Counted from the first letter of the stretch, positions 28,967 through 40,447 are shown. The stretch is 64,000 nucleotides of DNA from an uncultured Spirochaetota bacterium (GCA_963835575.1 CAWIGG010000002.1:1248001-1312000), one strand, 5' to 3'. Notes: a model not told the origin generated them from the letters alone. Numbers and translations: made by a program.

Positions 28967-29198
28967 TGGGGATACAGACAACAAGAATTCTGTATCATTA
29001 GTTATTTGACATTGAAATTATATTAAAATTTATACCTGCTGCTATTCTAAATGCTTAACAAGGCATATTCTCTTTTATCCTTTTATTTCTTTCCGGTATA
29101 TAATTCCTTCTTCATTTGAAAAAAGCGCTGGCTGATGTTAAGATGTTAACCGCTGATTATTGCAAATTACTTTTCAATATTGTTTTTAGGAGAAGGAT

Positions 29199-30506
29199 AT
29201 GCCGATCTGGAATCCGAAAATTGAAACAATGCCGAGAAAAGGCTTAAAAGAACTCCAATTGATAAAGTTAAAAAAACTCGTTAATTATATTTATGATGAA
29301 GTCCCATTTTATAGGAAAAAACTTCAATTGTCCGGGATCAAACCGGATTCGATAAAAGAATTAAATGATATAAAGCTCCTCCCTTTCACTTCAAAGGGTG
29401 ATCTCCGTGAAAATTATCCCTTCAGTCTTTTTGCCAGGCCCCTCCGGGATGTTGTCAGAATTCACGCTTCAAGCGGCACAACCGGAAAGCCGACAGTAGT
29501 CGGTTATACTAAAAATGACCTGGAGCTCTGGAGCGAACTTATCGCGAGGATCGCTTCCGCAGGCGGCGTCACACAGGACGATGTCGCCCAGGTCGCTTTC
29601 GGTTACGGCCTCTTTACAGGCGGTTTCGGCCTTCATTACGGCCTTGAAAAAATCGGGGCGACTGTCATACCCGCCTCAAGCGGAAATACGGAGCGGCAGG
29701 TCCAGCTGATGAGGGATTTCGGCACAACCGTCCTTATCTGCACGCCTTCCTATGCCCTGCATATTGCCGATGTGGTAAAAGATATGGGCATTGATCCGCA
29801 AAAAGACCTCAAGTTGAAATACGGGCTTTTCGGCGCCGAACCCTGGAGCGAATCGATCCGCAAAGAAATTGAGAAGGGATTGAATATCATAGCTACTGAT
29901 AATTACGGCCTGTCGGAGCTGATAGGCCCCGGTGTTTCAGGCGAATGCCTTGAAAAGAACGGAATGCATATCAACGAAGATTCATTTTTTGTGGAAGTCA
30001 TCAATCCCGTTACGGGCGAATGGACAAACGAAGGCGAAAAAGGCGAACTGGTTATAACCCCCCTGGATAAGGAAGCGCTTCCCCTCCTCCGCTACCGGAC
30101 AAAAGATCTGTCTATTGTCGAAGAGGAACCCTGTAAATGCGGCAGGACATCGGCGCGTATCATGAAGATCATGGGACGGACCGATGATATGCTGATCGTC
30201 CGCGGCGTCAATATCTTCCCTTCCCAAATCGAGGAAGTCCTGCTTGAAGTCGAGGGAATCGCGCCTCACTACCAGATTATAGTCGAAAGGCAGAAGAATA
30301 TCGATACAATTGAAGTGCATGTCGAAGTTACAAACGCCCTCTTCTTCGATGAAATGAAAAAAATCGTCGAGCTGGAAACAAAAATAGTCGACAGGCTCTA
30401 TTCAATCCTGGGAATCAAGGTCAAACTCAAACTTGTCGAACCGAAAAAGATTGAAAGAAGCACCGGTAAGGCCAAAAGGGTTATCGATAAGCGGGATGTT
30501 TATTAA
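29199..30506 (+). CDS. paaK: Phenylacetate--CoA ligase family protein
   Basis: [24 protein letters not shown] and [16 protein letters not shown] motifs. Confidence 0.9.
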   Translation: MPIWNPKIETMPRKGLKELQLIKLKKLVNYIYDEVPFYRKKLQLSGIKPDSIKELNDIKLLPFTSKGDLRENYPFSLFARPLRDVVRIHASSGTTGKPTVVGYTKNDLELWSELIARIASAGGVTQDDVAQVAFGYGLFTGGFGLHYGLEKIGATVIPASSGNTERQVQLMRDFGTTVLICTPSYALHIADVVKDMGIDPQKDLKLKYGLFGAEPWSESIRKEIEKGLNIIATDNYGLSELIGPGVSGECLEKNGMHINEDSFFVEVINPVTGEWTNEGEKGELVITPLDKEALPLLRYRTKDLSIVEEEPCKCGRTSARIMKIMGRTDDMLIVRGVNIFPSQIEEVLLEVEGIAPHYQIIVERQKNIDTIEVHVEVTNALFFDEMKKIVELETKIVDRLYSILGIKVKLKLVEPKKIERSTGKAKRVIDKRDVY

Positions 30507-30507
30507 T

Positions 30508-31875
30508 ATGGAAAGTGTTTTTAAAATCTTTGAAAACAATGCGCTTCTTCCTATAATTATCATTATTATTCTAATTTTCCTGATAGTGATAGGAATACTG
30601 CTGAGCATTAAATTTATGAAGAGGGAGTTATTCCTTGCCAATGTGGAGGATGCTTTAAAATCTAAAAATTATAAAAAGGCCGTCCGTAACGCTCTGCTTT
30701 ATTTAAACGATAAGGAAGGCAACCTGCTTCTGTATTATTACTTGGGTAAATCTTATGAGGGCCTGTCTCAATACCGAAACGCCCTGGAAAGCTATGAAAA
30801 AGCTCTGGCCTGCATTCAGAATGATACATTAAAGCAGCTTGAACCGGAAATTCTCCTAAGGCTGGGTTTTTTATATCAGAAGATCAATAAATTTGATGAA
30901 TCGATCGGATATTATAAAACGCTTCTCAAAATAAATCCTAATAACAGCATCGCCCTCTGGAACCTTGCGGAAATGTATTATAACCAGAATAAAATACCTC
31001 CGGCAAAAAATTATGTTGACAAACTGATCTCTGTAAAATCTAACCATGAAAAAGCCTATCTTTTATCAGCAAAAATCTACAACCATCTCGGCCAGTATGA
31101 ACAGTCGATCAAGCACATTGAAAGCTTTTACAAATTAAATGACGAGCAATCATTAATGCTCAATAATGAAACCCTGATCCTGCTAGCGGATAATTATATG
31201 GCATTAAAAAGATATAATGATGTTTTTAATACTTTAAAACCTCTGCTGAACGAAAAGCAAATCAACGGCGTCAATTTCCTTAAAATCATTTTATCGCTTA
31301 TCTACAGCGGCAGTTTTAAAAAGGCTGTTAAATTAATGTCTGATTATTTAATGAAAATTCCAGTTACTGAAAGATGCTCAATTTTATACCAGGCCGGGAA
31401 TGCCTATCTGGCCATGGATGAAATTTATTCGGCTCTGGACAGCTGGAAGTCCTGTTATGATATCAACCCGAAATATCTCGATCTTGCCGTACTTTTAAAG
31501 AAATATGACGCTCTCAGGAAGAATCCATGGCTTGAAAATATTTTTTCCTCAAAAGATGAAGTGTTTGAAGCTTCTGTAATAAAAAAATTCAGAGTCTATT
31601 CATCTGAAAGCACCCTGGAAAGACAGAAGGATTTTTTTATTTTCAAACAGGAACAAATATGCATAGTAGTATTCAGACATCCCTTTCCTATACCACTTTA
31701 CATATTTAATAATATACAGGATATTTTAAAAAACTTCGGCTATTCAAATCTCTCGGTTGATATTTATACGCTTTTCAGTTTCGATGAGACAAGTATGACA
31801 AGTCCTTTTTATAAAAGGATCAGGGAAATCTCAGGCGATGCTTTCATCTCGAAATTCAAACCGGCTCAAATTTAA
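30508..31875 (+). CDS. Membrane-anchored TPR protein
   Basis: N-terminal TM helix and multiple TPR motifs. Start taken at ATG 30508, after the paaK stop. Confidence 0.75.
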   Translation: MESVFKIFENNALLPIIIIIILIFLIVIGILLSIKFMKRELFLANVEDALKSKNYKKAVRNALLYLNDKEGNLLLYYYLGKSYEGLSQYRNALESYEKALACIQNDTLKQLEPEILLRLGFLYQKINKFDESIGYYKTLLKINPNNSIALWNLAEMYYNQNKIPPAKNYVDKLISVKSNHEKAYLLSAKIYNHLGQYEQSIKHIESFYKLNDEQSLMLNNETLILLADNYMALKRYNDVFNTLKPLLNEKQINGVNFLKIILSLIYSGSFKKAVKLMSDYLMKIPVTERCSILYQAGNAYLAMDEIYSALDSWKSCYDINPKYLDLAVLLKKYDALRKNPWLENIFSSKDEVFEASVIKKFRVYSSESTLERQKDFFIFKQEQICIVVFRHPFPIPLYIFNNIQDILKNFGYSNLSVDIYTLFSFDETSMTSPFYKRIREISGDAFISKFKPAQI

Positions 31876-31884
31876 AAATCATAT

Positions 31885-32655
31885 CTAATAAAAATCAATG
31901 GTTAACCCGTCATAGGCAAAGAATGTGTTCGCTGGCAGGATTTTGCTGTCCCTTTCATGAAGGAAATGATGCGTTAAATGGATAAAATATGTCTTTTCAG
32001 GTTTTATTATCTCACAGAGCTTGAGCGCTTCCTCTATATTAAAATGCGTCGGATGGGTCTCCCAGCGTAACGCGTTGACTATCAGTATTTTAGTGCCTTC
32101 AAGCAGTTTAATGCTTTTTTCCGGGATATAACTCGCGTCCGTCAGATATGAAAGCGAATTCATTCTATATCCAAGGATCGGGATCTCTCCATGCATGATT
32201 GGAATGGGAATAATCCCCTGCTCCTTTATATAAAAATCCTTCTTAACACGGTTTAAATTAACCTGCGGTTTTCCGCCGCCTTCCTGCGTTTTTTTAAATA
32301 TATAGCCGAAGCGGACATGTATTTCCTGTAATGCCTCTTTATTACCGTAAATATCAACTTTCTTTTTCATCAGAAAGTTGTATTGACGCAGTTCATCCAG
32401 CCCCCCGATATGGTCCTGATGCGAATGCGTGATGAGTACGCCGTCCAGCCAGTTGATATAATACCTTAAAGCCTGAAACCTGAAATCAGGACCTATATCT
32501 ATAAGAATTCTGGTACCGGCTTCCGTCGACACAAACGCGCTTGTCCTCAACCTTTTATCTTTCGGATCGGCTGAAGTACAGACCTCGCAGCCGCAGCCCG
32601 GGATCGGCACGCCGCTCGAAGTGCCCGTTCCAAGAAATATCAGTTTAGACATCAT
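31885..32655 (-). CDS. MBL-fold metallo-hydrolase (PhnP-like)
   Basis: LGTGTSSGVP, CxCxxC, THSHQDH and YLTD motifs. True start is MMSKLIF, overlapping the rarA end. Confidence 0.9.
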   Translation of the reverse strand: MMSKLIFLGTGTSSGVPIPGCGCEVCTSADPKDKRLRTSAFVSTEAGTRILIDIGPDFRFQALRYYINWLDGVLITHSHQDHIGGLDELRQYNFLMKKKVDIYGNKEALQEIHVRFGYIFKKTQEGGGKPQVNLNRVKKDFYIKEQGIIPIPIMHGEIPILGYRMNSLSYLTDASYIPEKSIKLLEGTKILIVNALRWETHPTHFNIEEALKLCEIIKPEKTYFIHLTHHFLHERDSKILPANTFFAYDGLTIDFY

Positions 32656-33946
32656 CCCCTCTTTTTTTACCGTCGGATTTTCCGTCCAGCTTTTCCAGCC
32701 AGTCCTTGATTTTCTTTTCAAAGCCGAGCGTGCCCGGAATATAATAGGAAACTTCTTTTTCAGTGTATTTCTGCCTGATATAATGATTATCAAAATCATG
32801 AGGATATTGATAGCCGATGCCTCTGCCCAGTTCTTCCGCCCCGGAAAAGCTCGAGCTCCTGAGATGCGGCGGCACATTCATGATATTGCCGTTTTTAATG
32901 TCTTCCTGGGCCTTATTCAGCGCCATGTATGCCGAGTTGCTTTTCGGCACTCCGGCGAGAAGCGCTGTAGTAAATGCCAGAACTATCCTGCCTTCCGGCA
33001 TACCGATCTTCTCGATCGCCTCATAACAGCTCACGGCGGCCGGGAGCCCTTCGGGATAAGCCAGGCCGATGTCCTCGGATGAAAGTATGATAAGCCTCCG
33101 CGCGATAAAAAGAGGGTCTTCGCCCCCTTCCAGCATCAGCGCAAGATAATAGAGCGCCGCGTCCACATCGCTGCCGCGGACTGATTTTATGAAAGCCGAA
33201 ATGACGTCGTAATGGCCTTCCTTGTCTGAGTATTTTGTATCGACGGACTGGGTGATCTCAAGGAGAATTTCTTTTGTAATCTTGATTTCCTCTGAAACGC
33301 CCTGCGAAAAAACGGCCATTTCCAGGATATTCAGCACCCTCCGCGCGTCGCTGGAAAGCTCGATTAAAAGTTCCCTGGCGCCTTTCATGAATTTGATGCG
33401 CAGCTGAGATAAAACAGTGTCCTTCGCGAGAGCGTTATCCAGCACCTTTCCGATTTCTTCTTTTGTATGGTTTATAAATTCATAGATAAAAAGCCTGGAG
33501 CGCAGCGCGGGCTGCATGATGAAATAGGGATTTTCCGTTGTCGCCCCGATGACTGAGATCTCGCCGTTCTCAAGAGACGAAAGGAATGCGTCCTGCTTGG
33601 GTTTGATCAGCCTGTGGATCTCGTCGATAAAAACGATCGTTTTGACGCCGGAAAGAGCGTTCTCTTCAGCTTTATCCAGGATCCTGCGGATATTTTCCGT
33701 ATCCAGCGTCAGAGCGTTAGTTCTGATAAAACTGCAGTTCAGCTCATTGGCTATGATCTCGGCAAGACTTGTTTTTCCCGTAGCCGGCGGGCCGTAAAAG
33801 ATCATGGAATACACTGTTTTATTTTCAATCATCGTTCTGATGGGCTTGCCTTTATCGATAAGATGGGACTGACCGACAAATTCATCCAGGGTTTTCGGCA
33901 TCAAGCGCTTGGAAAGCGGGAGGTTTTTATTCTTGAAAAGTTCCAT
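32645..33946 (-). CDS. rarA: Replication-associated recombination protein A (MgsA)
   Basis: GPPATGKT, FIDEIHR, GATTENP and SAFIKSVRGSD motifs. Confidence 0.93.
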   Translation of the reverse strand: MELFKNKNLPLSKRLMPKTLDEFVGQSHLIDKGKPIRTMIENKTVYSMIFYGPPATGKTSLAEIIANELNCSFIRTNALTLDTENIRRILDKAEENALSGVKTIVFIDEIHRLIKPKQDAFLSSLENGEISVIGATTENPYFIMQPALRSRLFIYEFINHTKEEIGKVLDNALAKDTVLSQLRIKFMKGARELLIELSSDARRVLNILEMAVFSQGVSEEIKITKEILLEITQSVDTKYSDKEGHYDVISAFIKSVRGSDVDAALYYLALMLEGGEDPLFIARRLIILSSEDIGLAYPEGLPAAVSCYEAIEKIGMPEGRIVLAFTTALLAGVPKSNSAYMALNKAQEDIKNGNIMNVPPHLRSSSFSGAEELGRGIGYQYPHDFDNHYIRQKYTEKEVSYYIPGTLGFEKKIKDWLEKLDGKSDGKKRGDDV

Positions 33947-33975
33947 AATATTTTCCTGAAAATGCCGGAGAATAT

Positions 33976-35049
33976 TTATAACATCCGGACAAATTCGTCA
34001 AAGAGATACTGCGAATCATGAGGCCCCGGCGAAGCTTCCGGATGGTACTGGACTGAAAAAGCCTTATATTTTTTATGCCTGAGCCCCTCAACGGTATTAT
34101 CATTCAAATTGATATGGGTTATTTCCAGGTCGGAGGGTATGGCATCCTCAACAATGGAAAAACCATGATTCTGCGATGTGATTTCAACTTTACCCGTCAT
34201 TAGATTTTTTACAGGCTGGTTGGCGCCCCTGTGGCCGAATTTAAGTTTATAGGTCTTCGCTCCCAGTGCGAGCCCGAGCATTTGATGTCCGAGACAGATG
34301 CCGAATATGGGAATCCGGCCCATCAGGTCTTTTATGGTTTTAATCACATAAGTCACAGCGGCCGGGTCTCCCGGGCCGTTGGATACAAATAATCCGTCCG
34401 GTTTGAGCTTTAATATTTCGTCAGCCGAAAACGAGGCCGGTGTTAGAGTGATATTCAAATTTCTCTTTTCCAGGAGCCTGAGGATATTATGTTTAATTCC
34501 CGCATCAACAGCCACAATATGCGGCCTTCCCTCTTTAACTGAGCCCCAGATTTGAGGCTTTTTAAGGGTCACGGAAGGCACCAGGTCCAGTCCGTTCATA
34601 TCAGGAGCTTTAGACAGTTTATTTTTCAGGCTTTGAATATCAAAATCAATCGCTGATAAAATCCCGTTCATGGCGCCGGTGATGCGGATGATCCTTGTCA
34701 GCTTACGCGTATCAATGCCTTCAATACCGGTAATTTTATTGTTTTTTAAATACTCATCCAGGTTTCCGAGGCTGGACCAGTTCGAGTCGGTTTTAGAGGC
34801 CTCCCTGACGATAAGGCCGGAGGCCTGGATTTTATTCGATTCCGTATTCTCTTTGTTAACTCCGTAATTACCTATCAGCGGATAAGTCATAGTGATGATC
34901 TGGCCCGTATAGGAAGGATCTGTCAGTATTTCCTGATAGCCGGTCATGGAAGTATTAAAGACTACTTCTCCCGCTGTTTCGCCTTTGTACCCGAAACTTC
35001 TGCCCCTGAAGATCTCTCCATTCTCAAGCAGAAGTATTGCTTTATTCAT
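33976..35049 (-). CDS. carA: Carbamoyl-phosphate synthase small subunit
   Basis: GEVVFNTSMTGYQE, SNGPGDP, GICLGHQ and QYHPEASPGP motifs. Confidence 0.96.
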   Translation of the reverse strand: MNKAILLLENGEIFRGRSFGYKGETAGEVVFNTSMTGYQEILTDPSYTGQIITMTYPLIGNYGVNKENTESNKIQASGLIVREASKTDSNWSSLGNLDEYLKNNKITGIEGIDTRKLTRIIRITGAMNGILSAIDFDIQSLKNKLSKAPDMNGLDLVPSVTLKKPQIWGSVKEGRPHIVAVDAGIKHNILRLLEKRNLNITLTPASFSADEILKLKPDGLFVSNGPGDPAAVTYVIKTIKDLMGRIPIFGICLGHQMLGLALGAKTYKLKFGHRGANQPVKNLMTGKVEITSQNHGFSIVEDAIPSDLEITHINLNDNTVEGLRHKKYKAFSVQYHPEASPGPHDSQYLFDEFVRML

Positions 35050-35089
35050 TGATTTTCTCCCTTATTATTGTAGCATATAGAGTGAATTT

Positions 35090-35647
35090 TCACAAAAAGC
35101 GGGCACTATAGAGAAGAGCGATGATTGTTTTTGAATCTTCAATTGTACCATTTTGTATCATTTGAAGGGCTTTTTCAAAAGGCACAATTTTTACTTTGAT
35201 AAATTCATCCTCATCCAGGGATTGAGACTCAAGCGTTAAATCAGCGGATTTATAAAGCGTCAACCTTTCCGTGCTGTAACCCGCGCATGAATAATAGGAA
35301 CAGAGATACTTCATCTTCGCGGCTTTGTATCCTGTTTCTTCAAGCAGTTCTCTTTCAGCAGCTTCTTTCCTGTCTTCATCAGGGCTGTCCAGCTTGCCGG
35401 CCGGTATTTCAAGGAGAGATTTCCCTGCCGGATACCGGAACTGTTCGACAAGTATTATTTCCTTAGGATTTATAAACGGCACAATACCGACGGCTTCAGG
35501 ATAAAACACATAGTCTTTTTGAGCTTCCTTCCCGTTCGGAAGACTGACCCGGTCAGATTTAAAAGAAAATGATTTGCCCTGGTAGACAATTTTGCTTTGA
35601 AGTGTTTCTTCTATTAAATTATTTAAAGAAGCTTTGTCTGATTTCAT
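35090..35647 (-). CDS. NUDIX hydrolase (ADP-ribose pyrophosphatase-like)
   Basis: QFRYP and the Nudix box EIPAG...AAERELLEETG. Confidence 0.88.
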   Translation of the reverse strand: MKSDKASLNNLIEETLQSKIVYQGKSFSFKSDRVSLPNGKEAQKDYVFYPEAVGIVPFINPKEIILVEQFRYPAGKSLLEIPAGKLDSPDEDRKEAAERELLEETGYKAAKMKYLCSYYSCAGYSTERLTLYKSADLTLESQSLDEDEFIKVKIVPFEKALQMIQNGTIEDSKTIIALLYSARFL

Positions 35648-37046
35648 TCTCAAACCCGCCTTTGGAAATAGGGCTGATGGGCGTCGGGTATTCCCCGTCA
35701 AAACAGGCTTTGCAGTAATCCTTCATATCACTTACGCTGTCGAATAGACCGCCCACACTGATATAGCCGACAGACTCCGTTCCGATAAATCTCGCGATTC
35801 CCTCAACTGTGGCCAGCTTATTGGCTAGAAGCTCTTCATAAGTCGAGAAATCTATACCGTAGTAGCATGGATACCGCACCGGCGGCGACGCCACCCTGAA
35901 ATGCACTTCCTTAGGATTACAGCTTCGCACTAATTTCACGATTTTCCGTGAAGTTGTTCCCCGCACTATGGAATCATCAATGAGAACCACTCTTTTCCCT
36001 TCTATCACTTCTTTTACAGGAATGAATTTCATTTTAACGCCGAAATCCCTGATCCTCTGGGAAGGCTCGATAAACGTCCTGCCGATATAATGGCTCCTGA
36101 TCAAACCCAGCGCCAGGGGTATCTTCGATTCCATGGAATAACCCAGCGCCGATACTATTCCCGAATCAGGTACGGGAATGATATAATCCGCCTCGACAGG
36201 ATGTTCCCGGGCCAGCTTTCTTCCGATCTCAAAACGGAAATTATAAACGCTTTTATCAAAAACCTGCGAGGAAGGCTTTGAAAAATAGATCAGCTCGAAT
36301 ACGCAGTGGTTTGTTTTAGGCTTTTTGTCCAGTATGGAATAGCTCTTCATACCGCTTTCGGTCACGGCTATGATCTCATTAGGCTGAACATCTTTGACTT
36401 TCACCGCTTCCACGATCGAAAAAGCGCTGTCTTCGGAAGAAAAAACGAGCGTCTCGCCCATTTCCGGTATATTAGCCCCTATTTTTCCTATGGAAAGCGG
36501 CCGGAAGCCCATCGGGTCCCTGGCTGCCAGCATCATATCCTTTGAAAGTATGAGGATTGAAAATGAACCCTCCAGCCGGGACAGAGCCAGCCGGACCGAT
36601 TCAACCAGGCTGTCCGCCGGAGCGTCGGCAATCAACTGCATAATCACTTCGCTGTCGCTTGAGGAATGAAAGCTCATTCCTTTTTTCATAAGTTCATCAC
36701 GGACAGCGTTCGCGTTGGTGATATTACCGTTATGGGCGACAGCTATGGCTCCCTTGGAAACAGCGGCTGTGATAGGCTGCGCGTTGACAAGCGTCGGAGA
36801 GCCCGTGGTCGAATATCTGACATGTCCGATCGCCCCGAAGCCCTGAAGATAGGATAGTTTATCCTCGTCAAAAAATTCAGAGACCTTTCCCAAACCCACC
36901 TGCTTGTATAAAAATGATCCGTCGGAACTGACTATTCCGCATGATTCCTGCCCCCTGTGCTGAAGCAGGTTCAACCCCAGATAAACATATCGGGCGGCTT
37001 CATTGAGACCGAATATTCCAAATATACCGCATTCTTCTTTGATCAT
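35619..37046 (-). CDS. purF: Amidophosphoribosyltransferase
   Basis: EECGIFG, QHRGQES, GHVRYST, VPDSG and DDSIVRGTT motifs. Confidence 0.97.
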   Translation of the reverse strand: MIKEECGIFGIFGLNEAARYVYLGLNLLQHRGQESCGIVSSDGSFLYKQVGLGKVSEFFDEDKLSYLQGFGAIGHVRYSTTGSPTLVNAQPITAAVSKGAIAVAHNGNITNANAVRDELMKKGMSFHSSSDSEVIMQLIADAPADSLVESVRLALSRLEGSFSILILSKDMMLAARDPMGFRPLSIGKIGANIPEMGETLVFSSEDSAFSIVEAVKVKDVQPNEIIAVTESGMKSYSILDKKPKTNHCVFELIYFSKPSSQVFDKSVYNFRFEIGRKLAREHPVEADYIIPVPDSGIVSALGYSMESKIPLALGLIRSHYIGRTFIEPSQRIRDFGVKMKFIPVKEVIEGKRVVLIDDSIVRGTTSRKIVKLVRSCNPKEVHFRVASPPVRYPCYYGIDFSTYEELLANKLATVEGIARFIGTESVGYISVGGLFDSVSDMKDYCKACFDGEYPTPISPISKGGFENEIRQSFFK

Positions 37047-37081
37047 CCTTTTCCTATCCCCTCTTTTTTCTTTTTGCCTGG

Positions 37082-37846
37082 TTACTTTATATAGAGCTTT
37101 CTAATCTTCAAATATTCATCTTTTTTAGTCGTTGAATAAACACAAAACTGATTTTTTCCCAGAAACTTCGCTTCATAAAGCGCGTTATCCGCCTCATTCT
37201 GCAGTCTCTGAAAGAGTTTTTCCACGCCTTCCTGGTCCAGGATCTTTTTATCTGCAAACTGATAATCCACATAAGATATTCCGCCGCTGACAGTCACAGT
37301 CAGTTTTTCCGTCCCCAGCTCGACGATGATATGCCTGATCCTGTCCATGATTTTATTGCAGAAAACAATCGCGCCTTTAACATCAGTGGAAGGCAGAATA
37401 ACGTCAAATTCCTCCCCGCCGAAACGGATGGCATAATCGGTAGGCCTTGAATTTTCTCTGATTACCGAGGCGATCTTAATCAGGACTTTATCGCCGACCT
37501 CATGACTGTATTTATTATTAAAATGAGAAAAATCATCAATGTCGAAACGGACAAAAGATATGGGATATATGACCCCTTTCATCCCGAAAAAGATCCGGGA
37601 AGCGGTTTTGATAATGGTGATCAAATAATCACTTTTATATTTAAGAAGATTGGTTTTTTCATCAATATCAACTTTTCTTTCCAGGAGCCTGTACTTGTCA
37701 ACAAGTGAAAAATACTCAAGCTCGGAGAGCCTGAGGCATTCAACAATATCATCGGTAACGGCATCATAATTAAGCAGATGGGTCAACAGCTGAATATTCC
37801 TGATTTGAAAATCGGTCAAGGTTCTTTCTTCTTTTTTTGCCTTCAT
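37082..37846 (-). CDS. GGDEF-domain diguanylate cyclase
   Basis: DIDDF, RPTD I-site, RFGGEEF and ADNALYEAK motifs. Confidence 0.88.
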   Translation of the reverse strand: MKAKKEERTLTDFQIRNIQLLTHLLNYDAVTDDIVECLRLSELEYFSLVDKYRLLERKVDIDEKTNLLKYKSDYLITIIKTASRIFFGMKGVIYPISFVRFDIDDFSHFNNKYSHEVGDKVLIKIASVIRENSRPTDYAIRFGGEEFDVILPSTDVKGAIVFCNKIMDRIRHIIVELGTEKLTVTVSGGISYVDYQFADKKILDQEGVEKLFQRLQNEADNALYEAKFLGKNQFCVYSTTKKDEYLKIRKLYIK

Positions 37847-37848
37847 AG

Positions 37849-40401
37849 TTATCCTCCCGCTTTCATCCCCATTAAATCCATTGCTTTCCGGACTGCTCCG
37901 ACGGCATCAGAAGAATAATAAGCGCCAATGCTTTCTGCAAATTCACGGGTTACAGCCGCACCCCCTATCATAACTTTTATTTTATGTCCTTTTTTCTTTA
38001 AAAGCTCCATAAATTCCTTCATCTTCGGCATCGTTGTCGTCATAAGCGCTGAGAGGCCGATGATGTCGGCGCTTGCCCTGACGGCTTTCTCCAATATGAT
38101 TTCATTCGGGACGTCTTTCCCGAGATCAATTACATCAAAACCGTAGTTTTTAAATATGAGGATCACGATATTTTTACCGATGTCATGTACATCGCCCCGG
38201 ACCGTGGCAAAAACAGCCTTCCCTTTAATATGGGCCGAACCCTTTTTTAAATGCGGCTCGATCAGGGTAAATGCCGTTTTCATCGCCTCTGCTGAAAGCA
38301 TCAACTGGGGCAGAAAATAAACCCGTTTTTCATAAAGGCTGCCGACTTCCGTAATGGCCGGTATTAAATAATCGTTTAAAAGCTTTGAAGGATCTGTCTT
38401 CTGCGACAGCGCTTCATTAACCAGTTCCGCCATACTTTCTTTATTTCCGTTTAATACAGCTTGGCGTAATCTCTCTTCAATAGTAATAAAACCAGCTGTT
38501 GTATGTGTTGATATATCCTGTCCTGGATGCATTTGCTTTTCTTTTGACAAATCTATTATTTTTTCACTATTCTTGTTTTTTTCGATTTTATCATCAGGGG
38601 TAATTACTCCAATTTTTACTTTTGGTCCGGAAGTGATCTGTCCGGAATATTTATTAATATAATTTTTAGCATTTATATCTTTGCTTAAAATAACATCAGA
38701 TGCGTTTACAAGCCCCATCAATTCCTCATCGAAAGGATTTACGATTGCCGATGTCAAACCGCAGGCTGTTGCCATTGAAAGAAAATTCCGGTTGATATAG
38801 CCTCGTGCCGGAAGCCCGAAAGAAACATTCGAGAGCCCCATCGTTGTAAAAAGCCCAAGTTCTTCTTTATACATTCTGATGGTTTTTAAAGTTTCCTCTG
38901 CCCCTTTCTGCTCGGCGCTGACTGTCAGCACCAGCGGGTCAGCCAGAATATTCTTTTTATCAATTCCCAGAGCCGCCGCTTCGTCCATGATCTTTTTCAT
39001 CAGTATGATCCTTTCTTTGGCTGTCTGAGGTATGCCTTTTTCATCAATCGGCAATGCAATGAACGCGGCCCCGTACTTTTTAACTTCCTTGAGCAGTTTT
39101 AACCTTTCCTTTTCAGCAGAAACGGAATTAAGCAGAGGTTTACCGGGATAAAGCTTCATCGCCAGTACAGCCGCTTTAGAGTTCGCAGTATCGATTGCCA
39201 GGGGTAATTTAACCAGATTGCTGAGGATCTCTATCCCCTTCTCAAAGAGCCTCGCTTCATCCTGCCCGGCTATCCCCATATTCATATCGAGAATATGCGC
39301 CCCGGCTTTTTCCTCCGCAAGCGCCTCTTCCCTGAAGAGCGTATAATGGTCTTTTAAAATATCCTCCGAGAGCTTTTTCCTCGCTGTCGGATTAAGCCTT
39401 TCCCCTATCACCGCAAAAGGCAGGTCAAAGCCTATTTTTTGAATCTGATACCGGCTTGAGAGTTTGAGAAAATCAATCGGATATTTTTTTCTTTTTATGT
39501 AAGGTTTTAATTCCATTGATTTATCATGCAGAAGCCGGATATATTCCGGGGTTGTCCCGCAGCATCCTCCCACCGCGTTCACCCCATGTTCTATCATCTT
39601 AAGAGCGTCTTCCATATATGTTTCCGGAGTGCCGTTAAATACTGTTGTATTGCCTTTAAGCCTCGGCAAACCCGCGTTTGCCTGCGCGATGACGGGAATC
39701 GATACGAGCCCCTCAATACTACGGATGATATTGACCATATCCGCCGGGCCTGTCCCGCAGTTGGTCCCCGCCATATCTACACCGAGCGCCTCCAGAAGCG
39801 TAAATGCCGCTTCGGGGGTACTGCCTGTAACGGTCCTGCCGTCTTTTTCAAAAGTGACGCTGGCTATTACCGGCAGGCCGCAGATTTCCCTGCATGCGAT
39901 GATTCCAGCCTTCAATTCCAGAATATCAATATGGGTTTCAAAGAATATGCAGTCGGCGCCTGCGTTCGCTAGAGCTTCAATCTGTTCTTTATAGATATCC
40001 TTCATCTCATCAAAAGTGAGCGGCCCCAGAGGCTTGACGAATTTTCCCGTCGGCCCCACGTCGCCCGCTACCAGCGCTTTATTGCCCGCTTCTTTTTTTG
40101 CCAGTCTGACGGCAGTTTCATTTATTTCCTTTATTCTATTTTCCAGCTTATATTCAGAAAGTTTGATCCTGTTCCCGCCCAGGGTATTTGTAATTATAAG
40201 ATCGCTTCCCGCTTCGATATAACTTTTGTGAACAGAAGAAACAACATCGCCGCGCGTTATATTCCATAATTCAGGGCAATCCCCTCCGCCAAGCCCGTAT
40301 TTCTGAAGAAACACTCCCATGGAACCGTCGCTGAATACAAGGCTCTTTTGCGCTTTCTCAATAAATTCTTTCCAATTCACCCTCGCTTTCTCCTTTCCCA
40401 T
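37849..40401 (-). CDS. metH: Cobalamin-dependent methionine synthase lacking the AdoMet reactivation domain
   Basis: Homocysteine-binding (GGCCGT), pterin-binding (IGERLNPT) and B12-binding (GDVHDIGKN) domains. Confidence 0.9.
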   Translation of the reverse strand: MGKEKARVNWKEFIEKAQKSLVFSDGSMGVFLQKYGLGGGDCPELWNITRGDVVSSVHKSYIEAGSDLIITNTLGGNRIKLSEYKLENRIKEINETAVRLAKKEAGNKALVAGDVGPTGKFVKPLGPLTFDEMKDIYKEQIEALANAGADCIFFETHIDILELKAGIIACREICGLPVIASVTFEKDGRTVTGSTPEAAFTLLEALGVDMAGTNCGTGPADMVNIIRSIEGLVSIPVIAQANAGLPRLKGNTTVFNGTPETYMEDALKMIEHGVNAVGGCCGTTPEYIRLLHDKSMELKPYIKRKKYPIDFLKLSSRYQIQKIGFDLPFAVIGERLNPTARKKLSEDILKDHYTLFREEALAEEKAGAHILDMNMGIAGQDEARLFEKGIEILSNLVKLPLAIDTANSKAAVLAMKLYPGKPLLNSVSAEKERLKLLKEVKKYGAAFIALPIDEKGIPQTAKERIILMKKIMDEAAALGIDKKNILADPLVLTVSAEQKGAEETLKTIRMYKEELGLFTTMGLSNVSFGLPARGYINRNFLSMATACGLTSAIVNPFDEELMGLVNASDVILSKDINAKNYINKYSGQITSGPKVKIGVITPDDKIEKNKNSEKIIDLSKEKQMHPGQDISTHTTAGFITIEERLRQAVLNGNKESMAELVNEALSQKTDPSKLLNDYLIPAITEVGSLYEKRVYFLPQLMLSAEAMKTAFTLIEPHLKKGSAHIKGKAVFATVRGDVHDIGKNIVILIFKNYGFDVIDLGKDVPNEIILEKAVRASADIIGLSALMTTTMPKMKEFMELLKKKGHKIKVMIGGAAVTREFAESIGAYYSSDAVGAVRKAMDLMGMKAGG

Positions 40402-40447
40402 GACCTATTCATTCTATAATACTTTGTGAAAAATTCCCACTTTTTTT

